Source: Pseudomonas phage PaBG
Reading direction: 5' to 3' (one strand)
Sequence record: KF147891.1
DNA length: 64,000 nucleotides
Under the pieces are notes generated by a model. It did not search any database, was not told the origin of the DNA, and saw nothing but the letters and a program-made list of their open reading frames with translations. Below are positions 27,129 to 35,547 of this stretch, piece by piece. Each line of letters opens with the position of its first letter. The first letter of the stretch is position 1. Both the position numbers and the translations under genes were made by a program.

Positions 27129-27326
27129 ATGCTTGCCCAATTGTTGAAGACGGCACGTAGAAAGTGGTACGACTTCTGGGATTACCAGATCGTTCGCGTT
27201 TGGCACCAAGACAGCCCTGGTGTTCGTGTGTACGTCAGTCGAAATTGGTTGCAGCGCATGATCTACAGCAAGGAGTTCTCTCACGTTGGTGAGAGGCACC
27301 TTGAACAGAATCAACCTGCCAGTTGA
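27129..27326 (+). CDS. hypothetical small protein
   Basis: Trimmed to MLAQLLKTARRKWYDFWDYQ after SD ggag. Confidence 0.3.
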   Translation: MLAQLLKTARRKWYDFWDYQIVRVWHQDSPGVRVYVSRNWLQRMIYSKEFSHVGERHLEQNQPAS

Positions 27327-27375
27327 TGCCTGCTTTGTTGCATAGCCCAAGTCTACGGAAAGACATCTACCTCAG

Positions 27376-27405
27376 CGGCGGCCTTCGGGTCGCCGTTTTT
27401 GTTTG
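27376..27405 (+). terminator. intrinsic terminator
   Basis: CGGCGGCC-uucg-GGUCGCCG followed by UUUUUGUUU. Same family as 27885 and 59529. Confidence 0.7.
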
Positions 27406-27427
27406 GTTCAACCCAAGGAGATACCCA

Positions 27428-27880
27428 ATGGCGTCTAACGTCTTTTCCAACTTCGACACGCGCCAGCTGGAGCGTCGTCTGTACATGCTGCTGGATGAGT
27501 TCTCCGCAGTCGATCCTGTGTTCGGCAAGATCACCGCGGCGAAACACTTCCTGACCAACTACGCCTCCATCGACATCTTCCACAACATCTGGCTGTTCGT
27601 GTTCTACGCGCTGCTCGCCGACTACGGTGACAAGTCCGCCACGATCCACGACTGGCTGTACTCCGGATATGGCATCACGCAGGCTGACGGTAGCATCTAC
27701 TACCCGACGCGCAAGGAATGCGACCAGATCATGTATCGGCTACTTCGTGCTGAGGGTGTCGCCCGATGGCGAGCGTGGATGTTCTACGCAGGTGTCCGTA
27801 TTGGCGGCAATAGCCACTACACGCAATTCGCAGATCGCGCCATGATCGAAGTGCGCGCTGCTGACTATATCGACGCATGA
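27428..27880 (+). CDS. hypothetical protein
   Basis: Start MASNVFSNF after SD aaggaga. Lies downstream of a terminator. Confidence 0.45.
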   Translation: MASNVFSNFDTRQLERRLYMLLDEFSAVDPVFGKITAAKHFLTNYASIDIFHNIWLFVFYALLADYGDKSATIHDWLYSGYGITQADGSIYYPTRKECDQIMYRLLRAEGVARWRAWMFYAGVRIGGNSHYTQFADRAMIEVRAADYIDA

Positions 27881-27884
27881 ATCT

Positions 27885-27912
27885 AGGCGGCCTCCGGGTC
27901 GCCTTTTTCATT
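27885..27912 (+). terminator. intrinsic terminator followed by a CTGTAAAT promoter-like motif (27914-27921)
   Basis: AGGCGGCC-uccg-GGUCGCCU followed by UUUUUC. The promoter-like motif follows immediately. Confidence 0.7.
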
Positions 27913-27948
27913 TCTGTAAATGAAGCGCAACAACATGGAGGCTTCGCA

Positions 27949-28419
27949 ATGAAGTGCAACATCAAGATTATGTGGCAGGACATCTTCGCCCGCGATACTT
28001 TGTTTGAGGCGCTGACGCCGCATACGAAGAAATTCAGCGTCTCCACGGAAGTGGATGATGGAGTTTACTGGCTTGGTGCCGATGCGGTGCAAGAGCGGAT
28101 CAGCGTGAACGTGTACGCAGCCTCTTTGGGCCGAGACAACGATGCCGTGGCCGACCGCATTGTCGAACTCTACCGAACTCGCAACGTGCGTTACGTGGCG
28201 CTCGACACTCGACACGTCAACCAAGACGTGTACCACGCCTGGCTGGAGAAACTGCAGGCGCGACTGCCCGATCCGATATACGTCTTCGACCCGTCAGTCG
28301 GCGGGCCTTACTTCGATCAACTCATTCAGGACATGAACGATGGTGTCACACGAATCCCAGAAAGAGCACTTCCAGACGCTTCGGCAACTGGCCGCGACAA
28401 TGGGGAAGAACATTGGTGA
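27949..28419 (+). CDS. hypothetical protein
   Basis: Start MKCNIKIMWQDIF after SD ggagg. Confidence 0.45.
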   Translation: MKCNIKIMWQDIFARDTLFEALTPHTKKFSVSTEVDDGVYWLGADAVQERISVNVYAASLGRDNDAVADRIVELYRTRNVRYVALDTRHVNQDVYHAWLEKLQARLPDPIYVFDPSVGGPYFDQLIQDMNDGVTRIPERALPDASATGRDNGEEHW

Positions 28420-28621
28420 GTTCGTCAACAGCGGCAACGTCTTCCATCGGCCGTGTGCTGATTATCAAGGTAAAGGCGCAACGCTGACGATTACTGCCCG
28501 CGGGACCATACGCGCAAGTGTCCACACGCCAACACCCACAGGCATCGAGACTTTCTGGGGATGGACCTACATGGACGATCAACCCGGACTCAAGCGCCTG
28601 ATCAAGCGCATCGCACTCTAG
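28340..28621 (+). CDS. hypothetical protein (start uncertain; overlaps the previous ORF)
   Basis: 93-aa ORF overlapping the 3' end of 27949..28419. Confidence 0.2.
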   Translation: MVSHESQKEHFQTLRQLAATMGKNIGEFVNSGNVFHRPCADYQGKGATLTITARGTIRASVHTPTPTGIETFWGWTYMDDQPGLKRLIKRIAL

Positions 28622-28688
28622 GGAGCCAATGGCTCCCTTTTCCTTTGGCCGTGGTAATTTCTCCGAATCGAACATGAGGAGATTTGCC

Positions 28689-29192
28689 ATGCTTGGATTA
28701 TTCGGCAACGTGACTGTGAAGAAAGGCAAGCGGAAACGCAAATTCAAGAAGTACCGCCAGTACGAATACGATTTCTACGGGCGCAAGCTGGTGCTGCAAG
28801 GCTACGAAGCACAAGCGCTTGAGTACCTTGTCGAAGTCGGCGGGTTCGATCCTGCGGACATCAAGACCGAGTGCGAGTTCGGCGACGCCCTGAACATCCG
28901 TTACAAGTATTCGGGCAAATGGCGTTCCTACATGCCTGACATTTTCATCCGCAACCACAACATCATCGTCGAAGTGAAGTCGAAATCCACGATGGGCTTG
29001 TTGAACAACAAGAAGCGTGGTTGGTCGATGAACCAAGCCAAGGCGAAGGCGTGCCATGCCCGCGGTTTCAAGTTCTGCGTGCTTCTGATGACCGACTCAG
29101 GCAAGCGCATTCCGCTGCCGAAGAACTGGCCGCTGATGAAGAAGGCGGAGTGCCTGCGCATCATGCGTGAGGAGCTTGGAGTTCGCATCTAA
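28689..29192 (+). CDS. PD-(D/E)XK family nuclease, homing-endonuclease-like (paralog of 41438..42262)
   Basis: YMPDIFIRNHNIIVEVKSK gives PD...EVK. The C-terminal 110 aa align with the C-terminus of the 41438..42262 product. Confidence 0.5.
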   Translation: MLGLFGNVTVKKGKRKRKFKKYRQYEYDFYGRKLVLQGYEAQALEYLVEVGGFDPADIKTECEFGDALNIRYKYSGKWRSYMPDIFIRNHNIIVEVKSKSTMGLLNNKKRGWSMNQAKAKACHARGFKFCVLLMTDSGKRIPLPKNWPLMKKAECLRIMREELGVRI

Positions 29193-29200
29193 ACTGTAAA
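29190..29200 (+). promoter_or_regulatory. AAACTGTAAAC promoter-like motif
   Basis: About 40 nt upstream of the ATG at 29232. Confidence 0.35.
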
Positions 29201-29231
29201 CTCCAGCTATACCAACACAGAGCACACGGAC

Positions 29232-29879
29232 ATGAGCATTACCTACAAGTACGGAAACGGCAAGTTGATCGGCTACCGTTCCGTAGACAAGTTTCATGGT
29301 GGCCTGTCGTTCAAGTTTCATCCAGACGGCGGAGACTCGTTCGATCGGTTCATCGACAAGGGTTTGATTCTCGAAATCAAAACTCAGTACGGTGAGCAAA
29401 CGATCGCGCTGAAACGGAACGACTACCGCGTAGTTCCCGAGCTGTGGAACTGCACCACGCTGATTTTCCAGAGTAACGAGTTGGCGCGCTCGCTCCACCT
29501 TGCTCTCGACGTTGAAGGCTTCCTGCACGTTTCGACACACAGCACGGCGACCCTTGCCGCTGAGTTGGCGAGCACCATCACGCACCAGCTGGCAACACCG
29601 TTCATGAAGCGCAAGCAGATTGACGTGCATCTGCGTAGTGAGCCCAGCGTCATCGCGCATTCCATTCTTCGGTGCATCGGGCTCAACCGATTCGCACCCG
29701 GCATGGACGTCAAGACGTTCTACCAACAGCATACGCCAGAAGCAGCCTACTCTGCGCTGTGTGCGTGGCTGAGCAACAAAGACCTTCGCGTGAACTTCCT
29801 GCCGCATGATGGCACGAAGCGCGCCGCATTCGTTTCTCGCATTGGCGAGAATGTTTTGGAGTTCGCCGAACAGGCGTAA
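29232..29879 (+). CDS. hypothetical protein
   Basis: 215-aa ORF. Confidence 0.45.
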   Translation: MSITYKYGNGKLIGYRSVDKFHGGLSFKFHPDGGDSFDRFIDKGLILEIKTQYGEQTIALKRNDYRVVPELWNCTTLIFQSNELARSLHLALDVEGFLHVSTHSTATLAAELASTITHQLATPFMKRKQIDVHLRSEPSVIAHSILRCIGLNRFAPGMDVKTFYQQHTPEAAYSALCAWLSNKDLRVNFLPHDGTKRAAFVSRIGENVLEFAEQA

Positions 29880-29895
29880 GCAAATAGGACCCATC

Positions 29896-30693
29896 ATGGC
29901 AGCCGTACGTAAACTATCCGACCTGAAAGAAGCTGGCTACAACCCGCGCGTCATCAGCAGCAAGCGCCTCAGCAACCTGCACAAGTCCATGACGACCTAC
30001 GGCGACCTGAGCGGCGTCGTGTTCAACGTCAAGACCAAGACCCTGATTTCCGGCCACCAGCGCCTCAAGCCGCTGCGTGATGCTGGCATCAAAGTCGAAA
30101 TCAAGACCAAGCCCATCACCGACAAGTTCGGCACTGTAGCCGAAGGCTACGTCGTCGCCAAGACCAGCGCCGGCGAGCTGCGCATCCCGTACCGCGAAGT
30201 ATCCTGGAGCGACAAGAAAGCCGAGTACGCTGCCAACATCGCTGCAAACGCTCACGGCGGTGACTTCGACCGCACCAAGCTCGGTACCCTGCTGGCTGCT
30301 CTGGAGAAGGGCAAGTCGTTCGACATCGACGTTCTGGGTCTCGATCCGTTGAGCGTGCGCAGCCTGATGCCGAAGATGCCGAACGTCGAAGGTAGCGGTG
30401 ACGATGACGGTGAATCGTTCCAAGAGTACGGCGAGGACAGCTTCGAGTTCGATCATCAGTGCCCGAAGTGCAAGTTCCAGTTCAACTCCAGCTCTGCAAG
30501 CAAGCCCAAGAAGGACAAGCCGCAACCCAAGGCGCCGAAGCTCGACGTGAAGAAGGCCAAAGCCGAAGTCAAAGCCAAGAAGATCAAGGCTGAGAAGAAG
30601 ACCGACAGCAAGGCCAAGTCCAGCGCCGCAAAAGAATCGCTGAAAAAAGCGAAGTCCAGTAAGCTCAAGGCCAAGATCAAGAAGGCCAAGTAA
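29896..30693 (+). CDS. ParB N-terminal (ParB/Srx-like nuclease) domain protein with a Lys-rich C-terminal tail
   Basis: Start MAAVRKLSDLKEAGYNPRVI after SD agga. The LISGHQRLKPL motif resembles the ParB/sulfiredoxin DGHHR box. C-terminus has CPKCKF and about 70 residues of K/A repeats. Confidence 0.5.
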   Translation: MAAVRKLSDLKEAGYNPRVISSKRLSNLHKSMTTYGDLSGVVFNVKTKTLISGHQRLKPLRDAGIKVEIKTKPITDKFGTVAEGYVVAKTSAGELRIPYREVSWSDKKAEYAANIAANAHGGDFDRTKLGTLLAALEKGKSFDIDVLGLDPLSVRSLMPKMPNVEGSGDDDGESFQEYGEDSFEFDHQCPKCKFQFNSSSASKPKKDKPQPKAPKLDVKKAKAEVKAKKIKAEKKTDSKAKSSAAKESLKKAKSSKLKAKIKKAK

Positions 30694-30704
30694 GTAGGTC
30701 AGCC

Positions 30705-31712
30705 ATGGAAAAGAAAATCGTCAAGATACCTTCGATGAAGAAGATCAACGCTCTTCCGAAGGCATTCAAAGGCATCAGTTCGTTCTCCGGTTGTGGCGGG
30801 AGCTCCACTGGTGTGAAGATGGCTGGCGTCCAAGTGCTGCTCGCAACCGAGTTCATCAAGCCAGCCATCGAAACCTACGAGAAGAACCACAAAGGCACCA
30901 TCGTCATCGGTGAAGACATTCGCAAGGTCGACTGGGAGTCGTGGCGCAAGGAGCTCAAGCTCAAGCGCGGCCAGCTGGACTTCTCCGAAGGCAGTCCGCC
31001 GTGCAAGTCCTTCTCGACCTCTGGCACTGGCAGTGACGACTGGGGCAAGGAGAAACTCTACTCTGAGAACGTCTACCAGCGCACCGATGACCTCTTCTAC
31101 GAGGAAATGCGCAAGCTGGAAGCGTTCATGCCCAAGGTCTTCGTCTGCGAGAACGTCAAGGGCATGGTTGAGGGTGACGCCAAGGGTTACTTCATCGAAA
31201 TCCTGCGTGACCTTAAAGCAATCGGGTATAGCGTGAAGGCGCAGGTGTTGAACGCTGCCCGTCTCGACGTACCCCAAGCCCGCGAGCGCGTGATCTTCGT
31301 TGGTGTGCGTAACGACTTGGTGAAGAAAGGCTTTGAGCCTGTGTTCCCCAAAGCGAAGCCGTACGAGGTGAACGTCAACGACGTCCTACCTCACATTGCG
31401 TACCTCAAGTCGAAGTACCGAGGCGACATCAAGTACGTCCCAGCTTCGATCCCGAGTCCTACGATCGTGGCGAGCGATGGTACCAACAGTGAGACTGCCG
31501 GCTTCTCGTCTGGCGGCTTCATTGAGACTGTCGATGGCGAGCGCCGCAAGTACACCATCGACGAGTTGAAGAAGATTTTCACCTTCCCGGATGACTTCAT
31601 CTTCACTGGTACCTACAAGCAGCAGTTCGAGCGTCTCGGCCGCTCAGTTCCGCCACTCATGATGTATCGCGTAGTCGCGGAGCTTCGCCGCCAGATTCTG
31701 GAGAAGCTGTAA
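30705..31712 (+). CDS. DNA (cytosine-5)-methyltransferase family enzyme with an atypical PCK catalytic motif
   Basis: Motif I FSGCGG, motif II ATEF, motif IV SPPCKSFS (canonical is PCQ), motif VI ENV (FVCENVKG), motif VIII QARER, motif X RLGRSVPP. Confidence 0.8.
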   Translation: MEKKIVKIPSMKKINALPKAFKGISSFSGCGGSSTGVKMAGVQVLLATEFIKPAIETYEKNHKGTIVIGEDIRKVDWESWRKELKLKRGQLDFSEGSPPCKSFSTSGTGSDDWGKEKLYSENVYQRTDDLFYEEMRKLEAFMPKVFVCENVKGMVEGDAKGYFIEILRDLKAIGYSVKAQVLNAARLDVPQARERVIFVGVRNDLVKKGFEPVFPKAKPYEVNVNDVLPHIAYLKSKYRGDIKYVPASIPSPTIVASDGTNSETAGFSSGGFIETVDGERRKYTIDELKKIFTFPDDFIFTGTYKQQFERLGRSVPPLMMYRVVAELRRQILEKL

Positions 31713-31715
31713 CCC

Positions 31716-31742
31716 AAGGGAGTCTTCGGACTCCCTTTTTAT
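31716..31742 (+). terminator. intrinsic terminator followed by AAACTGTAAAT (31751-31761) and TATAAT (31768-31773)
   Basis: GGGAGUC-uucg-GACUCCC followed by UUUUUAU. Exact copy of the 16234 terminator. Confidence 0.8.
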
Positions 31743-31793
31743 GGCCTCCGAAACTGTAAATCCACAGTATAATCCATTGGTTGGAGCCTAAAC

Positions 31794-32570
31794 ATGAGCC
31801 AAGAACCTGTAGTAGACAACCACGTCCCAGGCGAACGCTGGGAGTTCAACGAGGACGTAGCCAAGCAGTTCGACCTGATGCTGGAGAAGTCGATCCCCGG
31901 CTACGGACAGATGCGTGATCTGGTGTATCGCATCGGCAAGCGTTTCGTTCAGTCGCCGTCGAACGTCATCGATCTGGGTGCTAGCCGTGGTGAAGCCGTG
32001 GCGCGCTTTATCGCTGAGTTCCCGCACTCTGACTTCTTCCTCTCGGAAGTTTCCGAGCCAATGCTGGCTGAAATGCACGAGCGCTTTGCTGATCTGCCGA
32101 ACGTGTTTCCTGTGAGCTACGATCTGCGCAAGACGTCCGAGCAGATTGCCACAGCGATTCGTAATCCGAAGTTCGGCATGGCCCACGCTGGGCTGAACCC
32201 TGTTGCGTCGCACACTACGCTGGTGCTGTCTATTCTCACCATGATCTTCGTGCCCATCAACTTCCGCCCGAGCATCTACAAGGGCGTGTACGACGGACTG
32301 GCCCGCGGCGGCGCGTTCATCGTTGTCGAGAAGGTGCTTGGCAACTCCGCCGCCATGCAAGAGCTGCTGGTTGACGTGTACCACGAGTACAAGCACGACA
32401 ACGGCTACAGCTGGGAAGCCATCGAGCGCAAACGCGCCGCCCTCGAAGGCGTGCAAGTACCTGTGAGCCATGAGACCAACATCGATATGTTGCGTGCCGC
32501 TGGCTTCCGCAACGTCGAATCGTTCTGGCGCAACATGAATTTCGTGGCCTATCTGGCTATCAAGGATTAA
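31794..32570 (+). CDS. cmoA: carboxy-S-adenosyl-L-methionine (Cx-SAM) synthase CmoA homolog
   Basis: About 45% identity to E. coli CmoA in two blocks: WEFNEDVAKQFDLMLEKSIPGYGQ..FVQSPSNVIDLGASRGEA vs [42 protein letters not shown], and GGAFIVVEK...YKHDNGYSWEAIERKRAALE...AAGF vs GGALVLSEK...[20 protein letters not shown]...KAGF. Confidence 0.8.
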   Translation: MSQEPVVDNHVPGERWEFNEDVAKQFDLMLEKSIPGYGQMRDLVYRIGKRFVQSPSNVIDLGASRGEAVARFIAEFPHSDFFLSEVSEPMLAEMHERFADLPNVFPVSYDLRKTSEQIATAIRNPKFGMAHAGLNPVASHTTLVLSILTMIFVPINFRPSIYKGVYDGLARGGAFIVVEKVLGNSAAMQELLVDVYHEYKHDNGYSWEAIERKRAALEGVQVPVSHETNIDMLRAAGFRNVESFWRNMNFVAYLAIKD

Positions 32571-32572
32571 CG

Positions 32573-33025
32573 ATGCGTGAACTCAAGCTACTCCGCAAGC
32601 GCGTAAAGCAGGCTTGGGCGGCAGAAGCTGACCTGAGTCCGAATGAGCGAGAACTGCACCAGTGGCAGTTCCTGTCGATGCAGAGCAACGTGCCCTATGT
32701 CGTCGGTAAGGGTGCCGCCAACACGTTCTTCTATCGTGTCGGTACTACTGGTGAAATGACCTACGTGATGCCAGACGAAATGTTTGCCATCATGGACAAG
32801 TGGGTCAACTCTAGCTTTGCTTTGTTCGCCATCACCAAGACGCGCGACATCAAAGACGCCCCGTGCTCCACGGACATCAACGTCCTGCTGCAAAAGACGA
32901 AGGACAAGTACGTCGGTTATTTCATTGTCGGTATCACACCCGACCAGCGTGTAGTTCGCCTGCATGTATTGAAAAGCGGACTCCGCAAAAACCAATGGGT
33001 GCCCTTCAAGCCGAAGAAACGGTAA
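32573..33025 (+). CDS. hypothetical protein (within the modification cassette)
   Basis: 150-aa ORF directly after the cmoA-like gene. Confidence 0.45.
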   Translation: MRELKLLRKRVKQAWAAEADLSPNERELHQWQFLSMQSNVPYVVGKGAANTFFYRVGTTGEMTYVMPDEMFAIMDKWVNSSFALFAITKTRDIKDAPCSTDINVLLQKTKDKYVGYFIVGITPDQRVVRLHVLKSGLRKNQWVPFKPKKR

Positions 33026-33034
33026 GGAAAGACA

Positions 33035-33859
33035 ATGGACCAGAAGACTCGTTCCAAGAAATTGCGCCGAGCGCTCGTTGCGCAGGCGAAGTCGGTGGGC
33101 GTCAAGAATGTAGCCGTTCCCATGAGCAGCGGTGTGGACAGTCACTGTGCGCTGTTCGCCTGCCTCGAAGCTGGGTTGAGCCCGCACGTCTACTCGTTCC
33201 ATCTGGACGGCGTTGAAAGCCGTGACGTGCGTGTCGCCGAGAAGACAGCGGAAGCCTTCGATCTGCCGTTCACCAAAGTGACGCTACCCAATGGCAAGAA
33301 GCAACTCATCAAGGACGTCATCGAGCTTGCCCGTTTCGGCTGCCGTAGCAAGACGGACTTCGAGTGCTTCTGGCCAATGTGGCACTTGCTGCCGAAGATC
33401 AAGCAGAAGGCTTTCTTCACCGGCCATGGTGCCGACAGCCTGTACTGCCTTAGCCGCAAAGCTGTTCAACACTACGCCGGCCGCGAAGATGAATTTCGTA
33501 GGCTGGCTTTCTCGTCCAACAAAGCCTTCCAGAAGGGCTTGATCGAGAAGTGGTGTGAGACTAAGGGCAAAGGCAAAATCTACTGCCCGATCTTCTTCAA
33601 CCAGCAGACGCTTGCAATCTTCCAAGGCGCCAAGCCTGCTGATCTGAACAAGCCGATCCAGAAAGCCGTGAGCCGCATGGCGTTCGAGGAATACTTCGAG
33701 CATGTGCGCGTCTACGTTCACCAACCTTTCCAGTTGGGTGACACCGGCATCAAGATCGGCTTCGAGCAGCATCTGCTGGACAGCGAACTCAACACCAAGT
33801 CCTACAAAAGCGTTGTCGGCATTTATAATGAGCTGGTGCGCAACTACGGGAAGAAGTGA
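33035..33859 (+). CDS. PP-loop (adenine-nucleotide alpha-hydrolase) superfamily ATP pyrophosphatase
   Basis: N-terminal VAVPMSSGVDSHCALFA matches the PP-loop motif SGGxDS, as in asparagine synthetase, QueC, NAD synthetase and TilS. Confidence 0.55.
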   Translation: MDQKTRSKKLRRALVAQAKSVGVKNVAVPMSSGVDSHCALFACLEAGLSPHVYSFHLDGVESRDVRVAEKTAEAFDLPFTKVTLPNGKKQLIKDVIELARFGCRSKTDFECFWPMWHLLPKIKQKAFFTGHGADSLYCLSRKAVQHYAGREDEFRRLAFSSNKAFQKGLIEKWCETKGKGKIYCPIFFNQQTLAIFQGAKPADLNKPIQKAVSRMAFEEYFEHVRVYVHQPFQLGDTGIKIGFEQHLLDSELNTKSYKSVVGIYNELVRNYGKK

Positions 33860-34473
33860 CCATGTTCATCCAAAACTATATCCACTACAAGACCGATCCC
33901 GCCTCGTGGGTGCTGAACACGCTGTTCCCGCTGACTGCGGAAGAGTACGGCGACCAGCAAGCTTGGCTCGATGCTGGAGCTCCAGACGAACCTCCGATGA
34001 CTCGCGTCCTGAATGCTGAGCAAGATCGACTGTTCAAGCTGGTACACAAGCACGCCAGTGACTACTACGCGCAGAACAAGCCGTACCTGAACTCCGTCGC
34101 AATCATGATGGCAATGACCGCGCTCTACGGTGAGCAGCAAGTTCTCGGCCATTCGTATCGCGGTGCATTCCTGTTTGCCGGCAACTGCGAAGCGATGTTC
34201 AGTCGTCTGGTGATGCAAGGTCAAGGTGCAATGGATTTCATGCGCTACAACCTTGCACAAGAAGTAACTGGTGACCCGATGCTCGCGGTAATTCGCGCCG
34301 AGCAACTGTGCCACAAGTACGGCCTGCGTAATCACCGCATGCCAACCGGTGACGGTACCGACATCGTGTTCAGCCTTGAGCCGATCGCCAACCCGGTGTT
34401 CGATAACGTCAAATACATTCCATCCGTCGCTGGCTACTATACCATCGTCGGCAAAGGTGCAGCGAGGGATTAA
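33856..34473 (+). CDS. hypothetical protein
   Basis: GTGA-coupled to the PP-loop gene. Likely ATG 6 nt downstream (MFIQNY). Confidence 0.45.
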   Translation: MTMFIQNYIHYKTDPASWVLNTLFPLTAEEYGDQQAWLDAGAPDEPPMTRVLNAEQDRLFKLVHKHASDYYAQNKPYLNSVAIMMAMTALYGEQQVLGHSYRGAFLFAGNCEAMFSRLVMQGQGAMDFMRYNLAQEVTGDPMLAVIRAEQLCHKYGLRNHRMPTGDGTDIVFSLEPIANPVFDNVKYIPSVAGYYTIVGKGAARD

Positions 34474-34475
34474 CC

Positions 34476-35537
34476 GTGGCCAAGAAAGACAAACTCAAGA
34501 AGAAAAAAGGTGATGTCAAGATCGATGTCACCGTCGAGAAGAAAAAGAAAAAGAAGGCGAAAGCCGAGGTAATGCCGATCGCGAAGGACAGCTACATCAT
34601 CGTTCGTGTCGGTAGCAAGCACAAGCTGGCACTCGCCATCAACCCGGAACGCGGTCGCGCTGTCATCGACGAAACTCTGGCGGACGACGAGCCACAGCAC
34701 ATCGAGTTCGACGAGAACAACCTGGTGTGCAACCTGGGCACCAAGCCCAAGGGTGGCGCTGCCTTCGGCGTGCGTATCGAACCCTACGTCTCCAGCGTCG
34801 AATCCAAGTACGGCCAGATGCACTTCTTCCGCGAGCTGGGTGACCTGGAGAAGAAAGCACTCAAGCGCGCACTGCGTCGCACCTACGACGGCATGCTGGA
34901 ACAGAACCTGAACGTCTTCCCGTTCACCCAGATGAAGATTACGCCGAAGCGCGGCAAGTACGCGGGTATGTATCTGTTCCGTCGCAAGTCTGGCGAGGTC
35001 TGGGATGCCGTTGTACTGCACCCGGAGACGTTCGAGGACACCAAGTTCAACGAGTACCTGCTGTACCACGAATACGGTCACGCTGTCTGGTACAAGATGA
35101 TCACTGCCAGCTACAAGGCCAAGTGGATCAAGCTCTACCACAAGCGCCTGGAGCTGATGAACATCCTGAAAGATCGTCTTGAGCCGATGCTGGACGAACT
35201 GCTCAAGTTCGCCGGCAGTCTCAAGGACTTCTACAAGGAACTCGAAGAGGAAGACCGCCTCGTGTTCCGTGAGGTGCTGTCGCACTACAAGCGCTACCAC
35301 AAGATGGATGGCTACTCGATGGACATCCTGCACATGGAAGACACTGAGAAGTTTGCTTCGATGTGGCCGAAGCGTGCAACTCTCGTTGAATCGCGCCCTG
35401 ACCTGAGCGAATATGCGATGGTCAAGCCTGAGGAGTTCTGGGCAGAAGCGTTTGCGTTCCACATGACTGGGCGCAAAATGCCCAAGGACATTACCAAAGC
35501 CATGGAGAAAACGCTGACTGCTTTGCAGAGCGTGTAG
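34476..35537 (+). CDS. HExxH zinc-metallopeptidase-like protein with a poly-Lys N-terminus
   Basis: MAKKDKLKKKKGDVKIDVTVEKKKKKKAKAEV followed by LLYHEYGHAVWYK (HExxH). Confidence 0.45.
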   Translation: MAKKDKLKKKKGDVKIDVTVEKKKKKKAKAEVMPIAKDSYIIVRVGSKHKLALAINPERGRAVIDETLADDEPQHIEFDENNLVCNLGTKPKGGAAFGVRIEPYVSSVESKYGQMHFFRELGDLEKKALKRALRRTYDGMLEQNLNVFPFTQMKITPKRGKYAGMYLFRRKSGEVWDAVVLHPETFEDTKFNEYLLYHEYGHAVWYKMITASYKAKWIKLYHKRLELMNILKDRLEPMLDELLKFAGSLKDFYKELEEEDRLVFREVLSHYKRYHKMDGYSMDILHMEDTEKFASMWPKRATLVESRPDLSEYAMVKPEEFWAEAFAFHMTGRKMPKDITKAMEKTLTALQSV

Positions 35538-35547
35538 AGACTCCCAC

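Noticed and set aside
31767-31773. Perfect TATAAT hexamer after the AAACTGTAAAT motif, as a possible sigma70 -10
   Set aside because: The TATA-like element is not consistently spaced from the conserved motif in the other copies (7, 3 or 0 nt), so the conserved core is the TGTAAA motif itself. The hexamer may still contribute at this one site.
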